From: Candidatus Bathyarchaeota archaeon | GTDB lineage: Archaea > Thermoproteota > Bathyarchaeia > Bathyarchaeales > Bathycorpusculaceae | DNA length: 64,000 nucleotides | Direction: 5' to 3' | Assembly (NCBI GenBank): GCA_963767735.1 | Contig: CAVYES010000007.1 | Location: forward strand, 32,001-96,000 | In this document: positions 29,693 to 40,206 of the stretch, piece after piece | Position numbering within the stretch: position 1 is the stretch's first letter | Layout of the letters: the number at the start of each line of letters is the position of its first letter | Notes under the pieces: generated by a model | What the model saw: the letters and a program-made list of their open reading frames with translations, nothing else | What the model was told of the DNA's origin: nothing | Databases searched by the model: none | Position numbers and translations under genes: made by a program

Positions 29693-30094
29693 TTACCTTC
29701 CATACTCTTCTTTCAAAAGTTCATCAAGCGTTAAGATGACTTGGTCTGGCGCAGGTTCAACTTCAACCTGAAAACCCTTAAACAGAGGCATGCCCATGCC
29801 GAAGGTTTCGTCTCCGCAGATGGCGTTTGCCCATAAGCCGCAGGGGATGAAAACTAAGCCGGGGTTGGAGCCGTAGGGGTTCTTGGTTGCTTTTACGATG
29901 ACTGAACCGTATTTTGAAGTGACCTTAACGTTTGCCCTGCTTTTTATGCCCAGTTTTTTCATATCAACTTCATCAATAACGCAGATTGAGGAGCTGTCAA
30001 AGTACTCTTTGGAGCCTTTCCCCATCTCTTTTCCAACTCCCTGATCGATTGTTCTACCAGTAATTAGAATTGCACGTAACTTTGGCTCTACCAT
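29693..30094 (-). CDS. fwdD: Formylmethanofuran dehydrogenase subunit D
   Basis: LITGRTIDQG, FIPCGLWAN, GMPLFKG. Confidence 0.92.
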   Translation of the reverse strand: MVEPKLRAILITGRTIDQGVGKEMGKGSKEYFDSSSICVIDEVDMKKLGIKSRANVKVTSKYGSVIVKATKNPYGSNPGLVFIPCGLWANAICGDETFGMGMPLFKGFQVEVEPAPDQVILTLDELLKEEYGR

Positions 30095-30269
30095 GGTCCA
30101 TGACCTTACCCAATAGAGTTTATGCAGTTATATTTAAAATTAAGTTACAAAAAACATCAAAATTCACCATTAACTCAATACATCAAAGAGTTTGCGGATA
30201 ATTAAGGCTATTTTCAGCTTAATTTACTAAGCTAAAAAACTTGAAGAGTAGAATTATTCAAAAAGATCT

Positions 30270-30641
30270 TTATTTTAGTTTGGCGTGTTCAGCTTGGAAA
30301 GCTGCGTTATACGTTCTTTTGCCAGCTTGGTTAAGTGCGCAGGTAACTTGCCCCTTAAGGGTAACTCCTCGTAGGCGCCTCAGGTCTTTAGTCATGTCAG
30401 GCTCAGTGTCGTCGAACCAGCACATTACATAACGGTCAGCTGATCCTTCAGGCGACAGCAGATAGTCAGCGTCACCCATCAAAGTAAAGAAATCGACAAT
30501 GCTACCGGTGACTTTTGAGTCTCCAGAACGGGAAAGCGTTAGTTTCTTTGCTTTAACAACCACAAACGGGTCTATTTCAGGGTTAACATCGCGCTCCTTG
30601 AAAATGCACAAGACAGGTTTATTCCAAACAAGCTCCGACAA
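30270..30641 (-). CDS. Hypothetical protein
   Basis: 123-aa ORF with a TATA box upstream; no recognised motif. Confidence 0.55.
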   Translation of the reverse strand: MSELVWNKPVLCIFKERDVNPEIDPFVVVKAKKLTLSRSGDSKVTGSIVDFFTLMGDADYLLSPEGSADRYVMCWFDDTEPDMTKDLRRLRGVTLKGQVTCALNQAGKRTYNAAFQAEHAKLK

Positions 30642-30820
30642 AACAGTTTCCTCAAAAGAAAAATAAGTTCAAAGAATTATATAATCATATTGCACAAACA
30701 GATTTCGGTGGTTTGTGTTCAGACAGCGCTGCCTGATTTTGCACAGTAACAGCACAAAGGACCCGAGGTAAGCCAACTAAAAACGTAGTTTAGAGATTTT
30801 TCGGAAAGGTTTTGCGAGTC

Positions 30821-31159
30821 TTATAATACGCCTAATAGTGCTGCTACTGCAACAGCTATTGAAGCTCCGACTACCAGAAACATGAGTCCTTTTGATTTAA
30901 AGAAACTGGTTTGTGCTGCTTCGCCTTCTTGGAGTTCATATTCTTTTATTTCTTTTGTTGTGGAGTTAATCTGGACTTTAGCTGTTAGTTTTTGAAACAT
31001 CATTTCAACAATGTATAGTTCTCCTTCAAGCGAGACTTTCATGGGCAACCAGTTTCCTTTGTAGCCTAATCTTTTCAGGAAGTCAGCTGTCAAATTTGTA
31101 GCGTTTTCGGCATCGAACCGTGAGACCTCTGCTGTTTCACTGGACATTAGTCTTCTCAA
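30821..31159 (-). CDS. Hypothetical protein with C-terminal membrane anchor
   Basis: Small soluble domain plus a C-terminal hydrophobic helix. Confidence 0.6.
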   Translation of the reverse strand: MRRLMSSETAEVSRFDAENATNLTADFLKRLGYKGNWLPMKVSLEGELYIVEMMFQKLTAKVQINSTTKEIKEYELQEGEAAQTSFFKSKGLMFLVVGASIAVAVAALLGVL

Positions 31160-31280
31160 AGAGAAAGTGGCGCTTTGGCATTTTAGGATTTATGAAGCTA
31201 AAAACCATATTTAAAATCATCAGATGCCCATAAGAAAAAAGCTGGCACTTCAACGTTTAACCAGAAGAGAAAAAGTGGGT

Positions 31281-31517
31281 TTAAGGCGACATTTGGCCTG
31301 GCAGTTGCGGTTGAGTTCCGTTAAATAATCCCGTTTGGTTTAAAAGGTTGTTTTCGAGATTTTTTAGCGGAGCAAGTTGCGGGATGTTGTTTGTGTTGAG
31401 GGTTTGCTCTACCGTATTTACTGCGTAAGTGACAACTACGCAGGTGAGCACCACTGCTGCCGTTATCAAAAGCAAAGTAGCTACTGCTGTCTCCAAAGCT
31501 TTCTTCTCCTTCCTCAA
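31281..31517 (-). CDS. Orphan small type IV pilin-like protein
   Basis: TTG start gives MRKEKKA|LETAVATLLLITAAVVLTCVVV, a class III signal. Confidence 0.7.
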   Translation of the reverse strand: MRKEKKALETAVATLLLITAAVVLTCVVVTYAVNTVEQTLNTNNIPQLAPLKNLENNLLNQTGLFNGTQPQLPGQMSP

Positions 31518-31702
31518 ACGTACTTTGCCAAAAAAGCATTTAACAGCTGTTCTTTTTCCTGAATTATTCCCAATACAAGAATATATCAAAAGCGTAATGA
31601 CGTGCCTTCGACTAGCCAGTTAAACTTTTATTGCTCATATTCAAGCAATTTCAGAAACTTTTTAATTTAATCTCTCTTTTTTAGGTGCATTTTCATCTGC
31701 GG

Positions 31703-32216
31703 TTAAGTGGGCGCCGCAGGACTTGCAGTAGTTGGCGGTGCGGTTTCAGGTTTTTCTGGCGGCGGTTGAATTTGGGGTGCACTTGATAATATCTGTATTT
31801 TTTCTGCCATCGGGTGGAGAAGGTCAGGCGGTGGATATGGCGTGTTTAGGTTGGATGATAGAATGTATATAGCGTTGAAAACATGCTGGTAGATGGTGAA
31901 GAGGATTTGGGGAATTTTGGTTTTAGGGTTAACCTCTAGTTTTTTCTTGATGTCATCCGCTTTGCCTACCAGAGTTACCGTGCCTGTTGTGTTGTATTTT
32001 ACCACGTTTGGCTTGGTAGAAATCGCCAAGGCAAAGCTGAGTGTTACTTCGTTTGTGCCTTTTTTTTGCTCTTCCAGCTTCGCGTTCACATCAAAAAACA
32101 GCTCTTCTTTTGAGAGGTATTCGCCGGTTCTTTCAGCCTGTAAACTATTAAGGGTGATCGAAACGATGACTCCTGAGACAGAATACTGTGGGTTTACGGC
32201 TGATTCCTCGCTACAT
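31703..32216 (-). CDS. Hypothetical protein, possibly SecB-like fold, with Pro-rich tail (start probably displaced by a 1-nt insertion)
   Basis: Frame is open upstream of the ORF-track start to 32212; beta strands, then a helix, then PYPPP. Confidence 0.55.
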
Positions 32217-32290
32217 CATGCTGTGATTTTAATATTTAACTTTGTTTGTAGCCCGCACGCGGACCTCCCTTGCAGTCGATGGTTCTGGTT

Positions 32291-32863
32291 TTAGGGTTGG
32301 TCGGAGCTGTAGAATGCCGGCACTGAAAGCTCCCCTACAAACTTGAACGTTTCATCTCCTTTTGCGTTTGCTTTTGGTTTTAACACGATTTTTTTGGGGA
32401 TGTCTTCTTCAATGTAAACTATGTAGCTGACGGTTGTTCCTAATCCCAGGCGAGCAAGCTGCTGCACGGTTACCTTAAATTTCTCGATTTCATGAATTTT
32501 TTTGTTTATTTTTTCGATTGCTTCAAACAGAATTTCCGTTTGCCCCTGCTCAGTGAATGAAATTGCGATGTCGCCTGATTGAACCCAGCTTGAAGTTTCT
32601 TCTTTTCCTTTGCCGCCCTTTTTGCCTTTATCTGCCGGCTCTGCAGGTTTCTTTGATTGGCTGCGCAGGGTTTTTTGCAGGGCTGCCGATTTTTGAAACC
32701 ATTCTTCGTTTTTGTGGGCGCCTTCAAAATCTCTCAGCAACGTGCCCAGCCATTGGCTGTAATCTTCGAATAACCCACGGAACTGTAGAGTTTGGTTTGC
32801 TAAAAAATCTGTAAGGTCTTTTAACGACGTAAATGAGCGAATTTCCGTTCCCGTTTTTTCCAC
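32291..32863 (-). CDS. Hypothetical helical protein
   Basis: 190-aa ORF with TATA box upstream; Lys-rich loop. Confidence 0.65.
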   Translation of the reverse strand: MEKTGTEIRSFTSLKDLTDFLANQTLQFRGLFEDYSQWLGTLLRDFEGAHKNEEWFQKSAALQKTLRSQSKKPAEPADKGKKGGKGKEETSSWVQSGDIAISFTEQGQTEILFEAIEKINKKIHEIEKFKVTVQQLARLGLGTTVSYIVYIEEDIPKKIVLKPKANAKGDETFKFVGELSVPAFYSSDQP

Positions 32864-33275
32864 TTCCTACCCATATTTTCCTTGAGCTTTAGCTTGAATG
32901 TATAAGTACGGTTAGTTTTTGAATAATAGGATTTGTCCATTGCAGAAATTACATACTTTTCAGGGCATCAAAAAAGTTTCTACATTGACTTTCGGGTGAT
33001 TGATGGAAAAGGCTCACGTGGAACTAGGTAAATTAGTGGCAATGAGCTGCCCCCACCCCTCTTCTTTTTGAATCGCCCAAGCGATGCTTAAACAATCCAA
33101 CGTTTGCTAATGCTCAATGGTTTGCTTTCCACTTTATTTTACCCTTTTCCACATGAACCTCTCCCATGGTTTGGCTCTTCTGGTTGGAAAGGTCTTGTTT
33201 TAATTTGTCTGCTACGATATAAAAGTATTATGTATTGCTACACAAGACGCATAAACAGTAACAGCCCTAATGTTT

Positions 33276-34349
33276 TCAAAGGTTTCTTGCTTTATCGTAA
33301 GCCTTCGCTACAGCTTCACTCGTAAGAACACCCACCACTTTTGTAGGCGATTCTTTATCAACAACGGGCAGCAGGTCAATTTTTTCTTTTGTCATGACCT
33401 TGTAGGCTTCAAAAACTGGTTCCTCTGGATGTGTTGAAATGTTTTTTAGGGGCATCTGCTCCACTTTCAGGTTGTCACGCTGCCCTTTTGGAACCTTTAT
33501 TATTTCATTCCAAATTACAACCCCTTGAAAAACTCCGTCTCTCTCCACCAGCGCGTCATGGTAACGATTCTGGAACATAACTTCGAAGGCTTCAGCGAGG
33601 GTTTGGTCAGGACGAACTGAACCGACCTCAGATTGCATGACATCTTTAACTTGGACACTTGCCAGCGTCGTGGAAACAATCGTCTGTTCTGCTTCTTCAC
33701 TGGCACCGATGTAAATAAAAACTCCAATAATAATCAGCAGCGGATCAATTAAAAAGCCCACCAAAACCATTATAATACCAAATATTCTGCCAATATACGC
33801 CGCGTATTTGGTCGCTTGAGAAAACTTCATCCTCTCCGCCAGCAAAGCCCTCAAAACCCTGCCGCCGTCCATTGGGAAAGCGGGAATAAAATTGAATGCG
33901 CCAAGCACCAAGTTTAAGAATCCTAGGTCAAGCAGGATGTTTCCTGTAGAAAACAATAATACAGAAATCGGGTGAAATACTGGTATCTTCACGGGTAACA
34001 CATAGTTTACACCAATCAAGGCGGCTCCAAGAACCAAGCTTGTGATTGGTCCAGCGGCTGCCATTCGCCACTCTATTTTGGGGTTTTCGGGTATTTCCTC
34101 TATTTCTGACACTCCGCCGATGGGGTAGAGGACAATTTTACGAACCGTGATGTTGTAGCGTCTTGCGACAACTGAATGTGCAAGTTCATGAAAAAGCACG
34201 AAAACAAACAGGAACACGATAAGGATGAAAGCGTAAATTTGATTATAATAGATGGCTAAACCTAACACACCTAAAATTAGCAAAATAAAAGTAAGATGCA
34301 ACTCAATGGGAATACCCCAAGCTGAACCAATTTTAAAAGACAACTTCAT
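33276..34349 (-). CDS. Site-2 protease (M50) with CBS pair
   Basis: HELAH, NFIPAFPMDGGR, C-terminal CBS domains. Confidence 0.93.
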   Translation of the reverse strand: MKLSFKIGSAWGIPIELHLTFILLILGVLGLAIYYNQIYAFILIVFLFVFVLFHELAHSVVARRYNITVRKIVLYPIGGVSEIEEIPENPKIEWRMAAAGPITSLVLGAALIGVNYVLPVKIPVFHPISVLLFSTGNILLDLGFLNLVLGAFNFIPAFPMDGGRVLRALLAERMKFSQATKYAAYIGRIFGIIMVLVGFLIDPLLIIIGVFIYIGASEEAEQTIVSTTLASVQVKDVMQSEVGSVRPDQTLAEAFEVMFQNRYHDALVERDGVFQGVVIWNEIIKVPKGQRDNLKVEQMPLKNISTHPEEPVFEAYKVMTKEKIDLLPVVDKESPTKVVGVLTSEAVAKAYDKARNL

Positions 34350-34670
34350 AACCCAAAAGAAGGCGACAACTGCTTTTTAAATTTTCTATAGGCGTGCATT
34401 TTCAGTTTTTGGGCTTTGTTTCGGCTTTTCTTTTTGTTGTTGAATTTTGCTACAAAAAACAGGCGTATCTATAGGCTGCAGTATTTCATTGGTGAGCCGT
34501 GCACGATGAAAAGAACAGGCATAGTTTCAGACGGTTTTGCCATGACATTACATTGGAACAATTGGCATTTAAGCGAAAATATGCAGCGCCGGCATCACAG
34601 CTGAAAGCGTAGAATTTATCGGAACTTTTAATTACTAAACTCCCTTTCAAAAATGCAAGTGAAGTTTAAA

Positions 34671-34904
34671 ATGAGTAATTCAACCGAAAAAAGAGTACAA
34701 GAAGTCCTTGACCAAATAAGACCTCAGATTCAAATGGACGGCGGAGACGTAGAACTAGTAGCAGTAGAAAAGCAAACTGTGAAAGTACGCTTAACCGGAC
34801 ACTGCGCAGGTTGCCCCATGTCAGCGATGACGCTGAAAAACGGCATAGAAGCGCTCATCAAAGAAAAAATCCCGGAAATACAAAAAGTAGAAGCAGTTCA
34901 ATAA
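34671..34904 (+). CDS. NifU C-terminal-domain Fe-S carrier
   Basis: IRPQIQMDGGDVELV..GHCAGCPMS. Confidence 0.92.
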   Translation: MSNSTEKRVQEVLDQIRPQIQMDGGDVELVAVEKQTVKVRLTGHCAGCPMSAMTLKNGIEALIKEKIPEIQKVEAVQ

Positions 34905-34998
34905 GAAACCCAAAATTTCTTTTTATTATTTTTTGAAGCCCATTTTACAAAGACAATAAAGAACATTTTTGAAAAGCCTCTTTAGCCTTAAATAACTT

Positions 34999-35075
34999 TG
35001 GTGGGGCTGGAGAGATTTGAACTCTCGTCTATAACGCCCGAGCTAGAAGCTTGGATCAAGTTGGTTGAATATTGC
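34999..35075 (-). pseudogene. Decayed copy of tRNA-Pro (att-like direct repeat)
   Basis: 34999-35042 is identical to 35826-35869 (tRNA 3' 44 nt); the 5' half still aligns but is heavily mutated. Confidence 0.85.
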
Positions 35076-35077
35076 AG

Positions 35078-35482
35078 TCAAGGAAGTTTCTGGAAGCCAA
35101 CTTGCATGAAATGATTATCGAAGGTGAATGCTTCAGTAATCGAAAGGTCTTTCATTAAGGCGAAACTTGTGCAGTCTGTAAAACTCCATCGTGAGTCGCT
35201 TGTTTTCTTAAATATGTCTAGTGCTTTTTCAAATATGCTTTCACTTACCCAAAAGGTCCGTATGCTTTTGCTTTTTCTTACCTTATCAATAAAAGCGAGA
35301 GCAACAGGGAGCCCTTTTTTGGATTGCAGAAGCGTCAGGGCTTCATCAAGCACATAATCTGTGGTTACTGCGACGCCATGTTTTCCTGAGGCGATCTCTA
35401 AGAGGAATTTTCTGGCTTTTTCGTGGTTGATGTCATCTTCCACTTCGGAGGCGTACCATGCGCTTGTATCGATGAAAATCAT
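35078..35482 (-). CDS. vapC: PIN-domain VapC toxin
   Basis: IFIDTSAWYA, VLDEALT, SFTDCTSF, AFTFDNHF. Confidence 0.92.
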   Translation of the reverse strand: MIFIDTSAWYASEVEDDINHEKARKFLLEIASGKHGVAVTTDYVLDEALTLLQSKKGLPVALAFIDKVRKSKSIRTFWVSESIFEKALDIFKKTSDSRWSFTDCTSFALMKDLSITEAFTFDNHFMQVGFQKLP

Positions 35483-35715
35483 GACCTTTCACTATAGAGA
35501 TATTTGTCGTGGTCTATTGAAGTGGTGTCTCGTTTTCCTGTTCTTTTTGAGCTGGGCGGCTCAGCGAAGATTGGGTCATGGGGGTCTATGCAGCCTTCTA
35601 CAGTGTCTCGGATTGCTTGCCTGAGGACCTCCTTGATTGTTTTAGAGTTTTTCTTGGCATACTCCTCAAGCATCTTATGTTCAGCTTCCGTTAAAGTTGT
35701 TTGAACAACTCGCAT
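35479..35715 (-). CDS. RHH/CopG antitoxin (VapB-like)
   Basis: RVVQTTLTEAEHKMLEEYAK..EVLRQAI; ATGA overlap with vapC. Confidence 0.8.
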   Translation of the reverse strand: MRVVQTTLTEAEHKMLEEYAKKNSKTIKEVLRQAIRDTVEGCIDPHDPIFAEPPSSKRTGKRDTTSIDHDKYLYSERS

Positions 35716-35825
35716 GTTTCATCAAACATGTAAAATGAAGAATGAACGTATAAACCTTACCCATCCAATAAGCAGCAAATAAGTTGAAACAATACACTCA
35801 AAAAACATCATAAAACCCAAAGTGG

Positions 35826-35903
35826 TGGTGGGGCTGGAGAGATTTGAACTCTCGTCTATAACGCCCGAGGCTACAAGCCTAGACCAAGCTAGCCGACAGC
35901 CCC
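35826..35903 (-). tRNA. tRNA-Pro(CGG)
   Basis: GGGGCTG/CAGCCCC acceptor stem, anticodon loop CTCGGGC, GAGAG-TTCAAAT-CTCTC T-arm, encoded CCA. Confidence 0.95.
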
Positions 35904-36196
35904 GCTTTTTTTGGCTTGGTTTTTTGTGGGTTCATAGAATAATGTAGGTTTAGGCTTTAAACTTTAACGGTGAATGCGAAATAATTCGGGAGGCTAGGCT
36001 TTCATATTTGGATCCTTCAGATGTAGCTATTATGCTTCTGAGGTTAAATGCCCATTTTCCTCATTTTTTCATAAAACTGAATCGACCGTTTTCAGACGCT
36101 AAATCAGAAAATAAACCCAAAAACAACGTTTTAACCGAAGCAGCCTACCTATACTCCCACCTAATTTTTGTGGCAAAAAACCAGCACAAAAAAGCG

Positions 36197-36805
36197 CTAT
36201 GTGCTGACTGCAGGGGTTGTCTCGGGTGGCGGGCTTAATGTTTCAGTTTTGGCTACGTGGCTGTGGAACAGTCTGGCCGCGATGCATAATGCGGCTGCTG
36301 CTATTGCTAGGTAGAAGGGCAATTGAAAGCCGCCTGAAACTAAAGCGCTGATGCTCAGGCCACTGGAGATGAGTTGTGTGGGCAAACTAACGGTTGCTGA
36401 GCCGGTAAGAGGAATGTGCATTCCAAAGAACCCAGCGATTATTACAATCACTACCAGACCAACAACAAAAGATATCACCGCGTACAATGGCTTTCTGTAA
36501 GAGAAGCCAAGCAGGTGCTTAGAGTAAGATTTTGTGGGATTCACTGAGTAAATCAGCATAACAAGACCGCAGGCAGTAAACGTTAGTATGCTTATGATGT
36601 TTAGAGCCCAAATTAACGGTATCGTGAATTGGGCACCACCAAACAAGCCGAAATTTGTGTTCACTGGGGAAGCATTAACTTTTATGAGATTTTGACCAAT
36701 TGTTAACTGCCACCAAGGGATATAAAAGGAAATAACAAGCACAATTAAAGTGATGATTCCGGCAGCCATGCCAAACCAATTTATTTTTCGGACCATCATA
36801 GTCAC
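36197..36805 (-). CDS. Membrane protein
   Basis: About 4 TM segments, PWW motif. Confidence 0.7.
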   Translation of the reverse strand: MTMMVRKINWFGMAAGIITLIVLVISFYIPWWQLTIGQNLIKVNASPVNTNFGLFGGAQFTIPLIWALNIISILTFTACGLVMLIYSVNPTKSYSKHLLGFSYRKPLYAVISFVVGLVVIVIIAGFFGMHIPLTGSATVSLPTQLISSGLSISALVSGGFQLPFYLAIAAAALCIAARLFHSHVAKTETLSPPPETTPAVST

Positions 36806-37332
36806 TCTGGCAGCTGAAGCTGCCCCGCATTATTTACCTGGTCCATATGCACTGTGACGCCTGCAACATTGGTATTTAGGTTTGCGAGGGAAATGTTAAT
36901 CCCATTGGCTCCTGGATTTTGAGCTTCAATTTGGCTTATCGCGTTTTGACTTAAAACGCCTGAAACGTTTATGGTGGAAGTTTCGCCGGCCAGTATCTGG
37001 ATTGGTTGATTTAGAGTTATATTGCCTAAGTAGACACCACTGTCTGATTGCACTTCTGCTGACAGTTTATCGATTGAAATGTCATTTGTTAATGGGTTGG
37101 TAAAGTTGAAGGAAACAGTAACCGCGCCCGTCTGAGCATTATACTGCGGTTGCCCAACAAGCTGAGGCATTTGAAACTGCGACCCTGCGGAATCGCCACT
37201 CTCCAAGCTCTTAACCTGGGGAGGAACCACTAACCCAGGCAAATTATCCCTGTACAAGAAAGTCACAGCGGCAAGAGGAACAACTATAATTAATATTGAC
37301 AGAATTGTTAGAGCAATCTTTACTTTGTCCAT
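36802..37332 (-). CDS. Membrane-anchored beta-rich (LEA-2-like) protein
   Basis: N-terminal TM helix, FNFTNPLTNDISI. Confidence 0.6.
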   Translation of the reverse strand: MDKVKIALTILSILIIVVPLAAVTFLYRDNLPGLVVPPQVKSLESGDSAGSQFQMPQLVGQPQYNAQTGAVTVSFNFTNPLTNDISIDKLSAEVQSDSGVYLGNITLNQPIQILAGETSTINVSGVLSQNAISQIEAQNPGANGINISLANLNTNVAGVTVHMDQVNNAGQLQLPE

Positions 37333-37396
37333 GCCATCCGCAGTCTCGTTAGATGCTACAAGCTTTTAACCTTTCGCTAAACAGCGCCTAAAGCAT

Positions 37397-38123
37397 CTAC
37401 TGTTCTACACATGTTTTATCCTTGTAGGGTGTGCTTAAAACCTCTTTCACTTTGTTAGTTATCACGGGACCAAGACCATTCACAGCCTTCGACCAATCAT
37501 CCACGTTAATTAACGCATTTATCGGTGTTTGATAAGAATTCAGAATGGCTGTTGCTTTTTCCCGTCCAATATTTGGCAAACTGGCAACAAAATATACTTG
37601 AGCATCTGAGAGTGTCTCGCATTTTTTGAAAGCATGCACAACTGGGCTTCTTTTCTCAACAATTTGCTCCTGCCTTGCCGCTGCATAAAGAAAATCAATG
37701 GTTTCTTTATACGACGAGGTGTTAACCAGCGAAATTCCGTTTTTGGCTAAATTAAACATCGCACCCCAAACTGCGCTTGGCTGAAATATTGCTGTACTTG
37801 TAAATTATGGGCAGGTAACCTTCAAGAACGATAAGCGATTTCGGGTAAGCCTCTTTAAGCCCGAAAAGCTGCTCGAAAAGGTACCGACGTGTGAGGGTGT
37901 AAACAAAATCGTTAACGGTTTTACGTTCTACCGCACATTGGTCTGAGAGAATGTAGTCGCCTTTCTCTAATAATTCAGTTTTAACGTTAACTCCACGTTC
38001 AACTAAACCTTTAACAATCTTTTCTGCACTGCTTGCCTCTCGGCTATCCACTATAATAGTTGGTTCGTCACCCTTCTTCTTTTTATCATTCATAAAGGGA
38101 ATCAACGTTTCAGTTCCAGACAT
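37397..38123 (-). CDS. xpf: XPF/ERCC4 structure-specific endonuclease, short form (1-nt insertion near 37785)
   Basis: VDSRE, GDY..AVERKT, HhH motifs LPNIG and VNGLG. Confidence 0.9.
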
Positions 38124-38670
38124 CCAGTCAACTCTTAATACGTAACCATAACTGCACGTTTATTTTGCTTGTGCTTCTAAGAATCGGAAATTATAAAACA
38201 TAAAAAAACAATTTAACCCTAAAAAATTCTCAACTTCTCTAGTAAAAAAGGTTAAAAATTAGAAGATATGCTGAACCAATAGCTTGCTTTGTTAATTATG
38301 GTTTTACTCATATCTAATTAAGAATAATGGTTTTTTTGCTTCTTTGCGCCTAACTTCGAGTGGCAATCTTTTAATGCCACAACAAGCTCAAGCTTTTCCC
38401 TTAAGCAGTTCCCTTTTAGCCCCATCCAAATTCTTGTTTAAGAGCATGCTGGATTTCTCATTTTGATAATCCATTAAACCCACCTTACTAAGCAACTCTA
38501 TACCATACGATATATGCAGTTGTGATTGTCATATAACTACAACAAAACTTTCATAATTTAAACGAAAAAAATCAAAAAAATGAATAGTTTAACCTATTAG
38601 CTCTGCAAATATGATGTATTAAATATAAAAATACATGTTTATTAATTAAACAAAAAATAAAATGGAGGGT

Positions 38671-39976
38671 TTATGGTCCCTTTTTGGTGACTTCTTTTAT
38701 TACGCCTGCTGCTACGGTTGTGCCCATGTCTCTGACTGCGAATCGCCCGAGCTCTGGAAAGTCTGTGTAAGCCTCGACTGCTATTGGGTGCAATGGCTCC
38801 ATTCTGACCCAAGCTGCATCGCCTGTTTTAAGGAAGCTCGGGTGCTCTTCTGTTACTTGGCCTGTGCGTGGATCAATTTTCTTTATTAGCTCTGTGAATT
38901 TGCATGCGATTTGTCCAGTGTGGTAGTGAAGTACTGGTGTATATCCTGCTGCTATAGCGGTTGGGTGGTAAATCACGATGATTTGACCGATGAATTCTTT
39001 AGCTACTGTTGGCGGATTGTCGGTAGTTCCTGCTACGTCTCCTCGGTGAATGTCGGTTTTTGCGATGCCTCTTACGTTCATGCCGATGTTGTCGCCTGGT
39101 TCAGCAAATGGGATCACTGTGTGGTGCATTTCTAAGTGATTTAAGTTCGCCTGTTTTGTTGCTTGGCATGAAAATTAAGATTTGACCTGGTTTGAGAACG
39201 CCTGTTTCAACTCTGCCAACTGGAACTGTGCCGATTCCTGTGATGCTGTAAACGTCTTGAATTGGTACGCGTAGAGGCTTGTTAGTTGGTTTAACTGGTA
39301 CCTCTAGCAAGTCTAATCCTTCCATTAAGGTTGGACCAGTATACCATGGTAATTTATCAGCTTTCTTAATCAGGTTTTCGCCTGTCCAGCCTGAAACCGG
39401 TATAAAGTTGATTTTATCGACTTTGAAGCCTACCATTCGAAGCATTCTTGAAACTTCATTCTTTATTTCTTCATACCTTTCTTTGCTGTAATTAACTGAT
39501 ATATCATCCATTTTGTTAACTGCAACAATTAGTTGGCGAATACCTAAAGTGAATGCTAAAAAGGCGTGCTCTCGTGTTTGTCCACCTGCACCGATGCCTG
39601 CTTCAAACTCACCTTTTTTGGCTGAGGCAAAGAGTATGGCGGCATCAGCTTGGCTTGCGCCTGTAATCATGTTTTTGACGAAGTCTCTGTGTCCTGGTGC
39701 ATCGATGACTGTGAAGTTGTATTTTTTGGTTTGGAATTGTAGGAATCGAAGGTCAATGGTGACTCCTCTTTCTCGTTCTTCCTTAAGGTTGTCTAGTACC
39801 CAAGCGAACTTGAATGTGCCTTTGCCCATTTTTTCGGCTTCTTCTTCAAAGGCTTTGATTGTTCTCTCGTCGATTGCGCCTGCTAAGTAAAGTAAGTGCC
39901 CTGTAGTTGTGGATTTTCCCGCGTCAACGTGCCCCATGATGATAATGTTTAAGTGGGGTTTTTCTGATTTGCTCAT
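38671..39976 (-). CDS. tuf: Translation elongation factor aEF-1alpha (1-nt insertion near 39135)
   Basis: [45 protein letters not shown]. Confidence 0.96.
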
Positions 39977-40206
39977 TTTTTCTTCCTCAATTAATCTTAC
40001 CTAATTTATGAATTCGTTAACACATCAGTCCTTCCAATTATTTTAAGATTACGATGTTGTTTCCGCTTGCAACATGACTGAAAAATCCAAGACCAGTCGA
40101 AAAAGACCAAAGCGCTATGCTCAAAATAAGATTTCGTGTGATCATTAAGGCAACATAACTTATAACGCAAGAAGGCTGATGGCTACTCATGAGAGGCGAC
40201 GGCGAA

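Larger units (their letters stand above)
34999..35903 (-). mobile_element. tRNA-Pro-integrated islet carrying only a vapBC pair
   Basis: 44-bp direct repeats of the tRNA 3' end flank the antitoxin and toxin; no integrase. Confidence 0.6.

Noticed and set aside
25619-30094. Evidence of methanogenesis
   Set aside because: Fwd alone also serves the archaeal Wood-Ljungdahl pathway; no mcr or mtr is in the window
32980-33170. Minus-strand ORF with an internal TGA (MGEVHVEKGK..NH*ALA..)
   Set aside because: No redox motif, SECIS or recognisable family; probably non-coding
35823-35829. Encoded CCACCA tail on tRNA-Pro as a degradation tag
   Set aside because: That tag is added post-transcriptionally; a genomic 3-nt match is probably chance
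38314-38474. Small minus-strand ORF (MDYQNEKSSM...) downstream of tuf
   Set aside because: It needs a frameshift and has no recognisable motif; it is not rpsJ
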